A stretch of DNA of 64,000 nucleotides from Raillietiella orientalis (Eukaryota): positions 806,001 through 870,000 of the forward strand of contig JAYWIR010000014.1 of the NCBI GenBank assembly GCA_036172245.1. The letters run 5' to 3'. The notes beneath the pieces were generated by a model that had not been told where the DNA came from, did no database searches, and saw only the letters and a program-made list of their open reading frames with translations. Positions 1 through 12,699 of this stretch are shown piece after piece. The first letter of the stretch is position 1. Every line of letters starts with the position of its first letter. The position numbers and the translations under genes are program-made.

Positions 1-2899
1 GACTTTGCAAATATTCAAAAGTGACTTCATTATACCAAACTTATACCAGCATGCTTAGGATTTTTTTAATTTAACTTGAAATTAAGTACATATGTATCTC
101 TCCAAAACAGTTTTGCAAATAAAATGGAAAATTCTCCTAGAAAGCCACGATTTTCTAACATGAATGTAAAAAATGGTTTTGCAACTGTAGGTTTTCTAAA
201 TTAAAGAAAGCAGTTCCAATATATCCAAACAGCTTTTACTGGTAATTCCAAATGAATTTTAAATTGGAATTTAAATCTCTAATATCTTTAATCTCCATTT
301 TTAAATCTCTAAGCTCCTTTTAATCAATATTTATTTTTAACCTATTCATTTTTACAATTGTTTTATTCATTATAACTATTATGACTACAACAAGTTTCTC
401 ATCTATACATAATCTAATTCCATTTTGCGTGGTACTTAATTCCTAAATTGTTTATCCTGAAATTATTTCTATGAATATTGCAAGAAAAAATTTATGCAAA
501 TGAAATCCTTTCTAATTTTGAACTCTAACCTATGCTTGGGTGTACAAAATGGCAAGACTGTTGAAAGAAACGTCTTCCAAGAAAAGCATGCCAGAATGAA
601 TGAGAACAAAAAAATGCTGCAGTTACCAGATAATTTCTTCCATTATATGTAATCTGGAGAAATGTGAACTTAAAGGGAATTCTTAGCAGCAAAAATTATG
701 TAGACATTGAGAGCTAAATAGGAAATCATAATGCTTATTTTGGGCTATTATGTAATCAACCCTGAGTAGATGTATGAAATTTTGATTCCTGAAAAACTTA
801 TTTTCTAAGAACCCTTTTAATTAATTACGCAATGTTTTGGATGTTTCAGATAGCAACTATCAGCGCTCATCTGTGATAACAATCTTACACTATGTACTCA
901 TTTGCCTTATAAACCATCGATTTACTAATTCAGGATTCGTCTACATTTATGACAGCAGAAGTCATGAATTTTGTTAATTGATTTCTATTCATAACACAAA
1001 TATGACTTACCTAATGTACCGTACTTCCGTGTGTAACTTTAGGAACTCGAATTCCAAATGAAAAATTTACTTTACACACCAATGCGAAAGCTGATCTGAT
1101 TTTGGGGCTTTTGATTGCCAAAAAATGACAATTTTGAAAACATTATTTGTGTTTTATATTTTAGCATTAAATAAAAATCCAGCATTACCTAAAACACAGA
1201 AATGCAGTTTCAAAACAAAGAAAAACGATTAAAACGCTATGTTCATGTTGACAAATGCATTTTACAGACTGTAGGCAATTTTTTTATTTGAATCATGAAT
1301 ATTCTAACAGTATGAAGAAACACACTCAAATCTGATTATTCCATGCAAAAGTACATATTTTCAATACAAGTTCCGGAGCGATGTACATTACGTATGGTAT
1401 AATATGCAATTTCATCATTTGAATTTTACGAACAGAAATCGCAAAATTCGTTTGGGTTGTTAATATTGTATTCAATTTCACTTGTTTCTTCACAACACCA
1501 GATATGCCCTGTGGAAAAACTTCGTCCGTTGAAATACAAAACCTTGCCAACAAGAATTTCCGCTCACTTGCCTGTCCACAATCGCTAAAATACTTTTCGT
1601 AATTAGAAATAGCGAAAAGTTAGTGCACATGGATGTCCAAATTCATCCAAGACCCTCATTCATCTAAGGATCTGTAGTTGGTCGTTCTCGTTCATTTAGA
1701 TAATTGCACTAACACAACATGCAAATAAAATACATTCATCACGAAAAAAAAGAAAACAAATGCCTCACACCGAGAGCATTCCCGTGAATTTTTGATTGAT
1801 AAACAAATTGAGTCAGCATTTGCTGCAGCGAAGAAAAATATTCGCAAAAATGAATCAATTACAGAAAAAAAAGCGTGTCGAATTTTATCGTCCTGAAACA
1901 TTTAAAATTTATTGATTCTTAAAATGTAACCATGTATGCAAAATAGAACTTTATTCATAAACAAGAAAAATAGAATGGACGTGAATACAACAGTGAGCCA
2001 CGAGGGAAAGTAAAGGAAAAGCAAATGATGCGAAATACAGGAATTTCAGCGTGGAATGTACCTATTAATTCCTCCATTTGCTTTGATTTGAGTCCACTTT
2101 GTAGCATATGATCATGAAATCTGCCATTATTTTTTTTTTTTAATGCGTTTCCGATTAATTAAGAGCATCTTAATTATCCATCTGGTCGATCACTTATTTT
2201 ACTGTTGCACGAATTTCAATTTATAAAGCATTCTTTCATGCACGACCGCAATTACAAGTTTTGAAAGAAGCAGCATGTATAGAATGAAACTATTCATATT
2301 TGTAGAACTGAAATTCACTCATTTTCTCAACAGTTTTCTAGAAATTCGCAAGTGGAGTGAATGGAGCTGGGAACAATTCAATTAGAACAAACTGAACAAT
2401 ATTAGGTGAGTTTTTACACTGATTGTGCTTATGAAGATAAGCCACAGGAAGCTGAACTAATATGGAAAAGACACTATGGTTATGAATACTGATCGCGCTG
2501 GATACTGAGTTCCTAGCTGTAGAGTTAGACTGCTAAGTAGAGTATACGATAACAAACCTTAAATCAAAAAAAAAAAAACTGTCCAACATCAACTTTGAAA
2601 ACCATTAAGAAGTTCGCCATGAACAAAACGTGAAAAGTCCAAATAATTTAACAACGGGGCTGTAAATCTTGGAAGATAGGATGCCACCTAACCTATAGAG
2701 TTTAGCTCTCTACCCAAGAAGAAATGTAAACTGCTTAAGAAAGGCGAAGTTCTTAAGGAGGCGATGGAATCACATGTAATGAATGGAAGAGGACTGATCC
2801 GAAAGCAAAACTACTGACGTCGATATTTAACATATGCCTCCAAGAAAGAATTCCGAAACATGGAAGAACCTTCAAATAACTACCTTCAAAAAATTTTGA

Positions 2900-4800
2900 C
2901 ATCACGAATGAATTGAAAAATTGTGATTTACATCATTGGAGATTGCAAATAAATTATATGCGAAATGCTCATCAAAAAGACTTTAATAGTGGATACTGGA
3001 TAGCCATATCATCTGCACATAGTAGAAAGGTTTCTTTCCCTACCACAAGGTACTGAAGAAATGTGTTCTTGACAACACGAGAAGGAAATCTCGAGATATC
3101 CTCTTGATTTTTATCGATCCTGCAAGAGCTTTCGGCATATCACTCATATTCTGATGCGCCGCACTCTGAAGGGACCCCAAATCGGTACTTTCTTGCAATA
3201 ATAGATGAACTGTATAGCAAGGCACACATCTCTCTACTCAGGTTTGAAGAAGCATAGCCCTTTATAGGGTTAAGCAAGGATGTTCTTTGAGCTCTGATTT
3301 TCAGTAAAGATCTGGATCCGATCTTCCTATCCATGAAGGAGATGTTTGATGAGGACACCTTCTTCGCCTACCGCGAGGACCTCATGATCATGTCCTGGAT
3401 AATAGAGAAAATGAGAAGCTAGTTTGAGGACATTTTCAAGAAAGCTACACTCCATTAAAATGCACAGGACTAACTCCAAAACGAAGAAGTACTCCAAAGA
3501 CAATATCCAGGACTAACAATTGCTAGATGCCTGTGCTGAAGACATGTGAAGCCTATCGTTATCTGGGGAAACTGTTCAGTTTAGATCTACCCCAGAAGGA
3601 CCTGAATACTGAGCAGATAGTTGCAAAAGAAGAGCTTCCCGTGGACAATGGACTTCCTACTTAGAAAAAAACATAGATGTGATTAAAACATTTTATTTTC
3701 CACGTTCGTTGCATACCAGGGTCAGCGACTTGGAGCGCACTCTGAAGAGACTGAACCATCATTAACAACAAAATCCAGAAGCTAGTGAGCCAACTTTGGC
3801 TCTAACTTCCCAACAAATTCATATATGGAGAACGAGCAAAAGCATGTCTTGCCATTATGGTCCTTCTGAAGCAAGAAGACACATTTCTACAGATAGCTGC
3901 TTTAGACCACCCAACTCTCTTGATCTACTGTTCCCGAGCTCTCTCAAGAAATCTAATCGCAGTAGTAAAAAAGAGAATAGTGGAAAACTTCGACAGACAA
4001 CAAACTCACTCATCATCCAACTAAGGGAGACATGGTAATCTCTGATCGAGAGACATACTTCCTTATCAGGAAATGGCCACATAATGCGTTAGATTGCATT
4101 GGGTCGGCAGACAACTTTTTACTAGCGGGGTCACCTACGCTTTGCAACTACTAATTCTTCCATACAACCACCAGCAAGGGTGCAGACAGGAGATTAATCT
4201 TGCCATCAGCGCAAAAATTGGGACGAAACGCTGTCCCACATTTGAAATCATTGCTTGCAGAACTTTAATCCCTACATAAGGAGGCACAACGCCTTGGTCA
4301 GTTACATTAAGAAGACGACGTATGAGAGATTGGAGATCCTGGTCATCAACCAAAGGATACCTAGTATGCAGTCGTTAAGACCTGACCTCGTGCTGGAAAG
4401 AGGAGACCGCATTATCACAATGGACGCGTGCTGACCGTTTGAGAGCAAAACGGCAGCTTCCAAGGAAGCACTTGAAAGAAACGAGAGAAAATATAATAAG
4501 CAGGTGCTTTCTCTTTTACTCTCAGGAAACCAGCCGTAAGCTCACACGGTCGACGTCTGCTCATCGGGATCCTGGGATTCATAGAACAAGATGTTCTGCT
4601 ACATGGAACTTCCAAGTACCAACTGGAACCACTCAACCAGATAGGTGTCGTTCAGCATCCAACACAGCTGGGTCATCTACTGGAAGCAACAGATAGGACA
4701 TCCTCCAAATCAAACTGGCTCACTAGTTACAGAGTTAGGCGGCTGGGAAGCAAACACAATGATAACAAGCCTTAAATCAAAAGACTCTAAAAAATACACA
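2900..4800 (+). mobile_element. Decayed Ty3/Gypsy-like LTR retrotransposon pol
   Basis: Degenerate RT motifs PF(I)GLS and FFAYREDLMIMS (~3260-3395, cf. YLDD), then integrase-like GRQLFTS...PYNHQQG..RQEIN (~4100-4200), in Gypsy order. Many stops and frameshifts; boundaries approximate. Confidence 0.55.
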
Positions 4801-5949
4801 AACTTAAAATACAATCATAAGAAAGTTCATTCCTAACGAAACAGAAAACGTTCGAAATAATCTGCTGTATAAGCAAATTGTAAGCTATTGATTTCAAACC
4901 TGAGTACGATTATAGATGCTTAATATCAGGAATGATTTTCCATTACTCCAAGTTGAAAGTTTCCAAGGAAGAATAAAAATCTGCTGCCGCTAAATATTAA
5001 GCACAATAAAAAAAGAAAATTGTAATTAATAAGAACTCAAGAAAACATACAAATGGAGCTGTTTCTAAGCTTAGTGGCATGGAAGCAACGAAGAAAACAC
5101 ATCGTTTATCAGTAAAAGTATCTGAAAATAAATTAAATGAAAAGGGAAATTAGATTCTTGATAATTTTTAGCAATGAAAAATCATTATTCTTGGATCCAT
5201 TTACATGTTTTCTGAAACGACTTTGGAAGCATCAAAATAACAGTGTAAAACTTATCCAAACAGATTGATCTCATTTGTTTAGTGAGATTCGAATTGCATA
5301 ATCTCAACATTATTCACAAAGTTTTCGGATGAACAGATCTTTTCCCGCAAACTTTCTGCGGGCACGTAGTCGCATAGCTCTAAGGAGAACTTGACAAGCT
5401 GGAAACAAGCCTTACGAACTGCAACTAATCATATGATTACATAATGGCCTCAAAAACGAAATGCTTTTAAAATGGATGCATTTGGAATAAGGTTCTGGAA
5501 TCAGAGGTGATGAGGCCAGCAGTATATATGGGTAGCATATTGTGAATATATGTGTATAAAAGAAGGAGATAAGCAACTCACATGGAGTTAGAACGACTTA
5601 AAAGATGCAATTCAGTGAAAATAACGCAGACAGTTGTTTAGAAGATTAGAAACAAGTACAGCGAGCGACGCGAGATTCTTCTCCCATTCAATATTTTGCG
5701 AGTCACAGAAAAATACCAGTCCAGACAGGGTGCAATACTGATTAATAATTTTGCATCTAATGACCTGCCTGAAAAATAAATGAGATGAAACAGTATCTTT
5801 TAAAATGATATGTAATCGTGGAACATTAGAGACAAGATACAAGTGGAACGAGATTCTAATCCCTCTCAATATTTTGCGATGGATTTACCCTATCAAAAAA
5901 ATGCTCAAGAACTTTTCTGAGGAATGAGAGATGGTTGGTTTATTTCGCA

Positions 5950-7450
5950 TAAAATATTTACATTTATTATTTACAATAAAGCGCTGATCCTAAAGCGCGT
6001 TTACTTGTCTGTACTTTACATTTCATGTCCTGGAAGATTCTTATGTTTTTTTTTTTCGTTTCCTCTTCGGGTGCAGGCCGTTGGCTCCTTGACGATATTG
6101 CTCCGTGTTAGGATGTTTCCACGCTTCCTGACGCCTTTTTCTCTTTTTACCATCCCCTCAGAGGTGACGTTATGTCGGGTGTACTCCTTTGATGATCTTG
6201 TTCTTATCACTACTCCGATGAAGGCATTTGGACTAGTAGGTTCTGTTTTAGAATGCCTTCTTGCCCTTCATGTAGATCTTGAATTTCTTCCTCAGTCTTC
6301 TCTGGATCACCTATGATTTGTCTAGCTGAATCCCAAGTCTTTACCTAGTATTAAGCAGGTGAAGACATGCCTTTGTCTGCACTATATCGCAAGGCAAGCA
6401 ACGCATATGGCACGGTTTGCCCGCACGGAAGAACTCCATGGTAGGATAGAAAGAGGTTGTGTTGAGCATCCAGTGTTGGGTTTGAAATCCACTGCGTAGA
6501 TCCGATTGCTAATGTTCCTTCCTGATAGTGCTGAACTCTTTCTATTTGCTGCTTCTCTTGTTACTTGGTTACTCATTCTCCTTTCAATCTCTGTGTTACT
6601 TATGTTGGTCTGCTGGGCGTGTTGGTCCTTCTGGGAATCAGTTTTCGTGGAGATGTGCAGATCCTCCGAGCAATACCCCTCCTATATCTCTAAATCTCAT
6701 CCTCGGGTGATCCCTAGGACATTATGCCGTTGATGTGGAATATGCATTAAGTGAGCAGGTACTTGCACTAGTCCTTCCTCTTATGGTTTTTTGGAATGAT
6801 CTCCAGTTTAAACCTTTATATCAAATTTTGCTTCAGAATCCAGGCAGGATCTAGATCCTTTCATCCATGAGCGCTAAGGATAGGTCTTCGCCGATTGCCA
6901 TCTATTTGTTCTGCACAATACCATTCCTGCCACTCTTCGATTAACCGTAATACATCTTTGATAGCTGAGATTTATATGAAATCCTTGGATGACTTTGTTT
7001 CTTATGCAGCTCTGTTCTCTCTGTCAGCAGAGGTATTTTATTTTTCTTTGCGTTTCTTCCATCTTAGCAGTAGTTTTATTTGCATTCCTGTGAATGATTT
7101 GATTGCTTCTTCTGGTGGTTTGGCGAAGTCCGCAACGTAAAACATCTTCGAAAGCAGCACCATCCATTCCCGAGCTTAGCCCTTTCATCACCCAAGTCAG
7201 CACTGGTGGTGTTTTTGGCTTCTTGTGTCATCTCATATACCCCTTTCCAATGTTCTAATACATTTGCTCTGGAAATATATGTTGCAGCTTCCTGGTGTCA
7301 ATTGTGCTAATTTGCAGAGTCATTGATTTGTATCTCAGGAAGAACAGAAAAATCATCCAATGATCTTGGTGGCTAAAGCAATATCCGTGCATCTGTGCAT
7401 GAGTATTCCTTCCATTCATGACAACTTCTCTTTAAGTTCACTTACTAACT
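5950..7450 (-). mobile_element. Possible second decayed Gypsy-like pol fragment (RNase H to integrase)
   Basis: Weak echoes on the minus strand (TDA.., LTWV..AKL.EW..LL, NTGCS) across broken frames. Confidence 0.3.
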
Positions 7451-8247
7451 GCATACAGACAACAAATCTCTTATCGGAATCACCTTGCGTTCTGTCACTC
7501 CATTGGAATACATTGTTCGAGTGTTCTCCATTGAACTGAATTTTTAAACTTGCGTTCTGCATCATATGTGACATGTATCCGGAAAAATTCGTCGAAACGC
7601 CCATTCTGTACGAGGTCAAAACCGAGATGAGCATCTCATGGTGCATCGGAATATTCTTGTTTCTTTTATGTTCATCAAGGTTCATCAAGTTCACCTTTGG
7701 TTTTGAAAGACAGGATCCATCAGTGCAGACTTTTCGCAAAATGAAACAAGTGATTTCAATGGTTTGAATTCTTCAGTTGCAAATTATTGATCTAAATTTT
7801 ATGCTAATCTAATTCTAATAAATTTGTAAAAATGAGTGAAAAAATTCCCAATTTTATGGTAGGATAGATATCAAACATAAGTCACCTTTCTTTATTAATT
7901 TGCTAACTCTTAATTGCTCCATTTGATTTCGCATAACCCCACCAAGTTACCCAACGAAACAGGTGAAATCACTTTTGAAAATCCATTTTTCCTGTAATAA
8001 ATCTCATATAGCATTTTCACGTACGCTATCGTAACATTTGAAAGAATCATAAAAACTCTGAAAGGCAATGGCTCTCATTAGACTCGCCGAAAATAATGAG
8101 TGAAATTCAATACAGTTATTGAAAATCAAATTAGTAGCACCTCCATTCCTACATTCACAGCCTGGAGATCCTTGATTTAAGAATTCGAAAATGGACACTA
8201 GAAACAACGATGTTCTGCATAGGTTTTTAATATTTTATTGGGTGCCA

Positions 8248-8269
8248 ACACACACACACACACACACAC
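8248..8269 (+). repeat. (AC)11 microsatellite
   Basis: Perfect dinucleotide run. Confidence 0.95.
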
Positions 8270-8494
8270 GCTCATGGTTATGACGACGAATTTTGCATTT
8301 GCATTGTAAAATTTTCTTTAAATAATCAGCTAATCATTGTTTAGTGTGGGAACCACACAAATACATGCATTTTGTACAGTAAGGAGGCAAGGATATGGAC
8401 TTAGACGTCATTCTGTATGAGAAATGACAAGAAAGTGAAAGTGATTATCTTTTTACGATATATTTCTGACCATCAAGCTGAAGCTTCTTTAAAC

Positions 8495-8880
8495 CAGGTG
8501 TGTCAAACTCATTTAAACCACGGGCCATTTAATGCGACTGGAAAGACTCACGCAGGCCACATCACATTTACAAATTTTCGTAAAATAATATTTTGAAGTG
8601 AGGATTCAGGAATATAAATAGGATAGTTAAAACACATTATGTAATTAAGTGAATTTAGTGTAATAATATATAACTGCTATATTATTGCTTTCATTGAGAC
8701 ATTTGTTTAATTCAATGTGTTTATAAAACTATATTTCATTTTTTTACCAGAAACTTGCCAGCGCTTTCCTCCTAGTTTTTCAATATCTGGATTCAAAGAC
8801 TGAGAACAGACAATCTTCATGATGGCAGATAGGTGCCTATCAGTTAATCTTGATCTGTGAACCGTTTTAGTTCATTTCAT
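8495..8880 (-). mobile_element. hAT (Buster/Charlie, GTF2IRD2-like) transposon 3'-end remnant
   Basis: Minus strand from 8880 reads MK*TKTVHRSRLTDRHLSAIMKIVCSQSLNPDIEKLGGKRWQVSG, a hAT dimerisation-domain C-terminus with a stop. TIR-like CAGGTGTGTCAAAC starts at 8495, preceded by the 8-bp nnnTAnnn site CTTTAAAC. Confidence 0.8.
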
Positions 8881-9249
8881 GCAAGAAATGTCATGCACCT
8901 TTGGTTCTCCCAAAAATAGCGGAAAATTTGTGCGGAAAACTTTTCCATTTCCGGGTATTTTTCACCTAAATAAGAATATATTTTGGAAAGGCATACGAGG
9001 TTTTCCTCTAGAAATTTTTCTAAGCATCTTTAAAACGTCAGCACCAACGAAAATGATTTATTAATCCAGAAAGTAATTTTTTGCTTACTTCCTCGATGTT
9101 GTTCTTTAGGGAAAAGATCTTCTATTTAAATAAAAAAAAAATCCTTCCTGTTTACAAATATTACATGCCATTAGGCTTAGGATATCGTGCACAGAAAATG
9201 GCTGGTTTGAAATTAAAAATGCCACTTCGAATTACTGGATGTCATCGAC

Positions 9250-9480
9250 TGTTCAGCTAAACCAGTGAATGGTCGGACACTATGTCAACACGATGCCCCT
9301 GAATTCTTCGGGAACTTGGATGAGCAGCTGCCACAGCATTAGCATCGATTAACAAGTTGCAACGTGCTTCACCGTGCCCACGGAAGTCCCAAGGTAGAAA
9401 TGCAGTGTTTCGGGACTGTCGATTGCCGTGTCGCTCGCTTATTCACGTCAGTTAGCCGCGAAACGGAGCAAAGCCATCCA
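9250..9480 (+). promoter_or_regulatory. Probable MDM2-like promoter/TSS region
   Basis: Local CpG-containing patch within AT-rich DNA, with the arthropod initiator-like TCAGTT at 9448-9453, ~100 nt upstream of the ATG at 9549. Confidence 0.4.
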
Positions 9481-9548
9481 GATATTAACTTTGTGGGTAT
9501 CATGTGTTTCAGAATTCTCTTTAGATTTCAGAAAGTTTAAAAAAAAAA

Positions 9549-10855
9549 ATGAATTCGAAGCGCCTACGAACATCAAGTAGTAGCAGTTCTTGTGGTTCAG
9601 CTAGTGGATTCAAGAAAAGAAAGAGTTATTTAGTGTAATTATAAAGTTTTGTAATCTGGGTTTTCCTGTTTGTACATGTGGAATTTCGAATTCTTGATGG
9701 AACACTCGTACACTCGTCTTTTCATTTTCCGTAAATCATATTGGCTGTGTAGTTTATTTTATAATTGATATGGAATATTTGCCTAGTCGTGTACTCAGTT
9801 ATTTAAAACTACAGGCTCCCATTGAAAGCATGAATTTAAAGTATATATCAACATAGGAGGTTGTATACCTTCAGAATTTTAAAACTCACGTTTTTCATAA
9901 CCATGTAAGCGATGTCGTATGTGCTTTTAAAGTTTCTTGATCGCAAAACTAAATAAATTTTTCTTTAAGACCTGATTTTATATTAACAATGCCTAAACCA
10001 CAAAAAGAGTATGATCCAGATTCCGAAACTTCGTGGAGTTGGCAAAACTATGAAACAGGTAAACATTTTACAGTAGATTTTAGGCATCAGCATTATTGTC
10101 TAGTAGCATTTTCTTGATTGCTGTCACAATTTCAGAATTCTGTCAAGATAGTGCTGATGAATATATTTCATCTGAAAGTGAATTTTCTTTATCTGATCAT
10201 GTGCCTTTAGTCAATGTTCAATATGAGCTTTATAATTATAGGGATTCATGTTTCTCAGAGTTTTCAGATGACAGTTCAATGGAGGTAAGTACATAATAAC
10301 TTGGATGATGCATGCAACATATTTTAGCAAGTGGCCATTTCCACAGCACTGGTGCTGGAAGGTGAGCGTATAAAAGATCAAGAAGAGCAGCTCTGCTGGG
10401 CTGATAGTTCTGATCAGACAGATGATTCATCAGCTGATCCAGAACTTACAGAGGCAGATAAATGGAGCTGCTTGCGTTGTCAAGTTAAGAATATTCCTTA
10501 TATGCGCTACTGTAGCAGCTGCTGGAAAGTAAATTGTTGCTTATTTTTGACTGCATCTGTATCTCAATTGCAGTTGAGAAAATCTTGGCTTCCAGATCCT
10601 CCAAAAAGGAAAGGGAAAAAAAAAATGTTGGAGTATGAGCAATCAATTGATCATAATAGTGTTGATGGTAAAGACATGTGTTGTTTGTGTTATATGAGAC
10701 CAAATGCATATACATTGGTACATGGAAAAATAGGGCATCAGTGTGTGTGTTATCAGTGTAGCAAACGTATTTTGTCTGGTCCCATAGAACAGCGTCGCTG
10801 CCCAATCTGCAAGAAAAAGATACAAAGGGTTATTAAAAATATTGTTTGCACTTGA
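9549..10855 (+). CDS. MDM2: MDM2/MDM4-family RING protein, ~268 aa. Proposed exons 9549-9634, 9970-10058, 10136-10284, 10328-10528, 10574-10855 (first exon tentative; alternative start ATG at 9989)
   Basis: Acidic region; zinc finger WSCLRCQVKNIPYMRYCSSCWKLRKSWLP (cf. human MDM2 [29 protein letters not shown]); C-terminal C2H2C4 RING CCLC..RP....VHGKIGH..VCYQC...CPIC. Phases are consistent; total 807 nt. Confidence 0.85.
9970..10058 (+). CDS. MDM2: MDM2-like exon: PDFILTMPKPQKEYDPDSETSWSWQNYET
   Basis: Donor cag|gtaaac is in phase with the next exon; the tttaag acceptor is weak, so the 5' boundary is uncertain. Confidence 0.62.
10136..10284 (+). CDS. MDM2: MDM2-like acidic-domain exon: (E)FCQDSADEYISSESEFS...FSEFSDDSSME
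   Basis: tttcag| acceptor, |gtaagt donor; 149 nt, phase 1 to 0; D/E/S-rich. Confidence 0.78.
10328..10528 (+). CDS. MDM2: MDM2-like exon: end of acidic region and RanBP2-type zinc finger
   Basis: ttttag| acceptor after a 43-nt intron (donor gtaagt at 10285); WADSSD and W-x-C-x2-C-x3-N-x6-C-x2-C. Confidence 0.85.
10574..10855 (+). CDS. MDM2: MDM2-like last exon: LRKSWLP plus C2H2C4 RING
   Basis: ttgcag| acceptor; removing the 45-nt intron 10529-10573 restores CWxLRxxWLP; stop TGA 10853-10855. Confidence 0.9.
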   Translation: MRKSWLPDPPKRKGKKKMLEYEQSIDHNSVDGKDMCCLCYMRPNAYTLVHGKIGHQCVCYQCSKRILSGPIEQRRCPICKKKIQRVIKNIVCT

Positions 10856-11559
10856 GTTCCTGATCATGAAGGTTCCTGTCAAGGTGGTGCAAGAATGCAT
10901 TCAAATAGAAACCATTTGCATCAAGCTTCTTGTTGCTTCTGTACAAAGATACCAATATTTAAAGAATAATTTGCTCAAAGCTACATTGAATGTTCGCTAC
11001 CAAATGTGAAATCTACCAAAGAATCACTTTTCTCCTTGAACAGTCAATAGATTGGTGATTTGTGATAAATGTTTTGTTAGAAGTTGCTAATATGATAGGC
11101 TGTTGTGGAACCCAAATGGAATAGCAAATTAATGGATGAAATTAGCAAGTATTTATTCAGAAATTCAATGTAAAAAATCAATTTTGAGAAAGTCATGTGT
11201 GCACCCACTTGTAATATTTAACCATATGGTAAGAGTATTATTTGATCTTTATAAAATATTCATTCATATAATAAAATAACGTTATTTATGTAGAAAGCAT
11301 TATTGACACTCATCTTTTAGTTCATTGTACACATGAAATGTGATCTGCATGTATTCATCAAAGAAAAGTTTCCATAGTGTGTTTACCATCTTTGCCAAAA
11401 TGGATGTAGTAGACAGGTGAGCACTGTCTTACTGTAATTGATGGCTAGGTGATCCATGCATCATGCAATTTTTTCATTTAATTTGCAGATTATAATCTGT
11501 AGTTCCCCAATTCTGAAGCTGTATATTTTAGTACACGTTTTTTTTTTTTTTTGTTCGAA

Positions 11560-12260
11560 GGTTATCGGTAGTGCAAGGTGATTATTTTTGGGTGCTTTAG
11601 AAAAGAAAATTAAGTGTTCCATTAAAATCGAAAATTTGAAGAGAACTGATGAACTACTATCAGTTTTTTTTGAAACTGAAGAACAGTATTCCCGTACCAA
11701 AACCGTTAAATGGAATTCTAGACTGTTTTTATGTGTTGGTTTCGTGAGCTCGATTGGTAGGGAATTTTCCCGTTTAATCTGTTCGTGTTTCCCGCCACTT
11801 GAAAATTCGAAACGTCAATTCAATTCAGCATTTGCAAAAGTTAGTTTTCCGCATCTTTGCGGAACCCTAACGTCAAGGATGAGAAAAACTGTTCAGACAG
11901 CTGCTTGAGAGAAAGAACCATCAGGAAAAGTACATACAACATATAAGTTATCGGGACGACGTGCGAATAGTTCCTGTTCGTACGGTGGCCAAGAAACCTT
12001 GATCTTGCTTTGGTTAAGATTGTTGAAGCGAAGTAACCTTTAATCAACATTCAATTAACAAAAGCGAATAGGAACCACGGATCTAATGCAAACTTTTTAA
12101 AGAGTTGGATAAGGAACTTAGCATAGGATTTAAAAACTGAAACAGGAGTCTTTGGATCAGAAATGCTTATGAAAAGAATTATAATATATATTAACAAATC
12201 TGGTGGTTTAAATCAGCAAACGAGAAGTTCATATGCTTTCATTGTGATGGGACGTAAGAT
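11560..12260 (-). mobile_element. Possible decayed Penelope-like element (RT C-terminus toward GIY-YIG)
   Basis: Minus strand FKPPD..YI/YNSFH...LIKGY....TKA resembles the PLE YxKPT..Y...SxHP...GY segment; heavily frameshifted. Confidence 0.35.
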
Positions 12261-12699
12261 AGGTTACTTCCTTGGATTGTTTCATCGTAGTACCATGTTT
12301 GCATCTACGATTTACTTGTGCGTTCTGCAAGTACAAAACGCTGCCTCTGAAAGCACATCGTACCAAAGTCTCAGTCGTTTGTGAATGCATGTTGCAGCAA
12401 AGTGCCTACGAATGTCGTACATTAATTACGTTTGCATTAAAAGTAACCGGAGTTCATCTTCCTCGTCTTCCGTTTTGGTCTCTTTGGGAAGAATAACTCA
12501 CAAACAAGAATGTGTGTTTTTTTCTTTTTTCTGGTTTAGGCATTGATTTTTGATTTAGGAAAAGCTATATATATATATTGCTTTTTTTGATTAACAACTC
12601 TAATAATTATGTGTATAAATTTGGAAATATTTAAATATTTCCGAATTTCATATCTTTAGGGTTTTGGAAACTTTTGCAGTTTTGCTTTTTTGCCGGCGT

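Noticed and set aside
9780..9910. Possible SWIB-coding micro-exons within the first MDM2 intron
   Set aside because: In-frame stops and no convincing p53-binding-domain motif; not fully excluded without RNA data.
11640..11695. Hammerhead-like CTGATGA...GAAAC...GTA
   Set aside because: Stem II does not abut GAAA, stem I pairs poorly, an alternative hairpin (aactgat/atcagtt) sequesters the core, and it is antisense to the putative Penelope-like relic.
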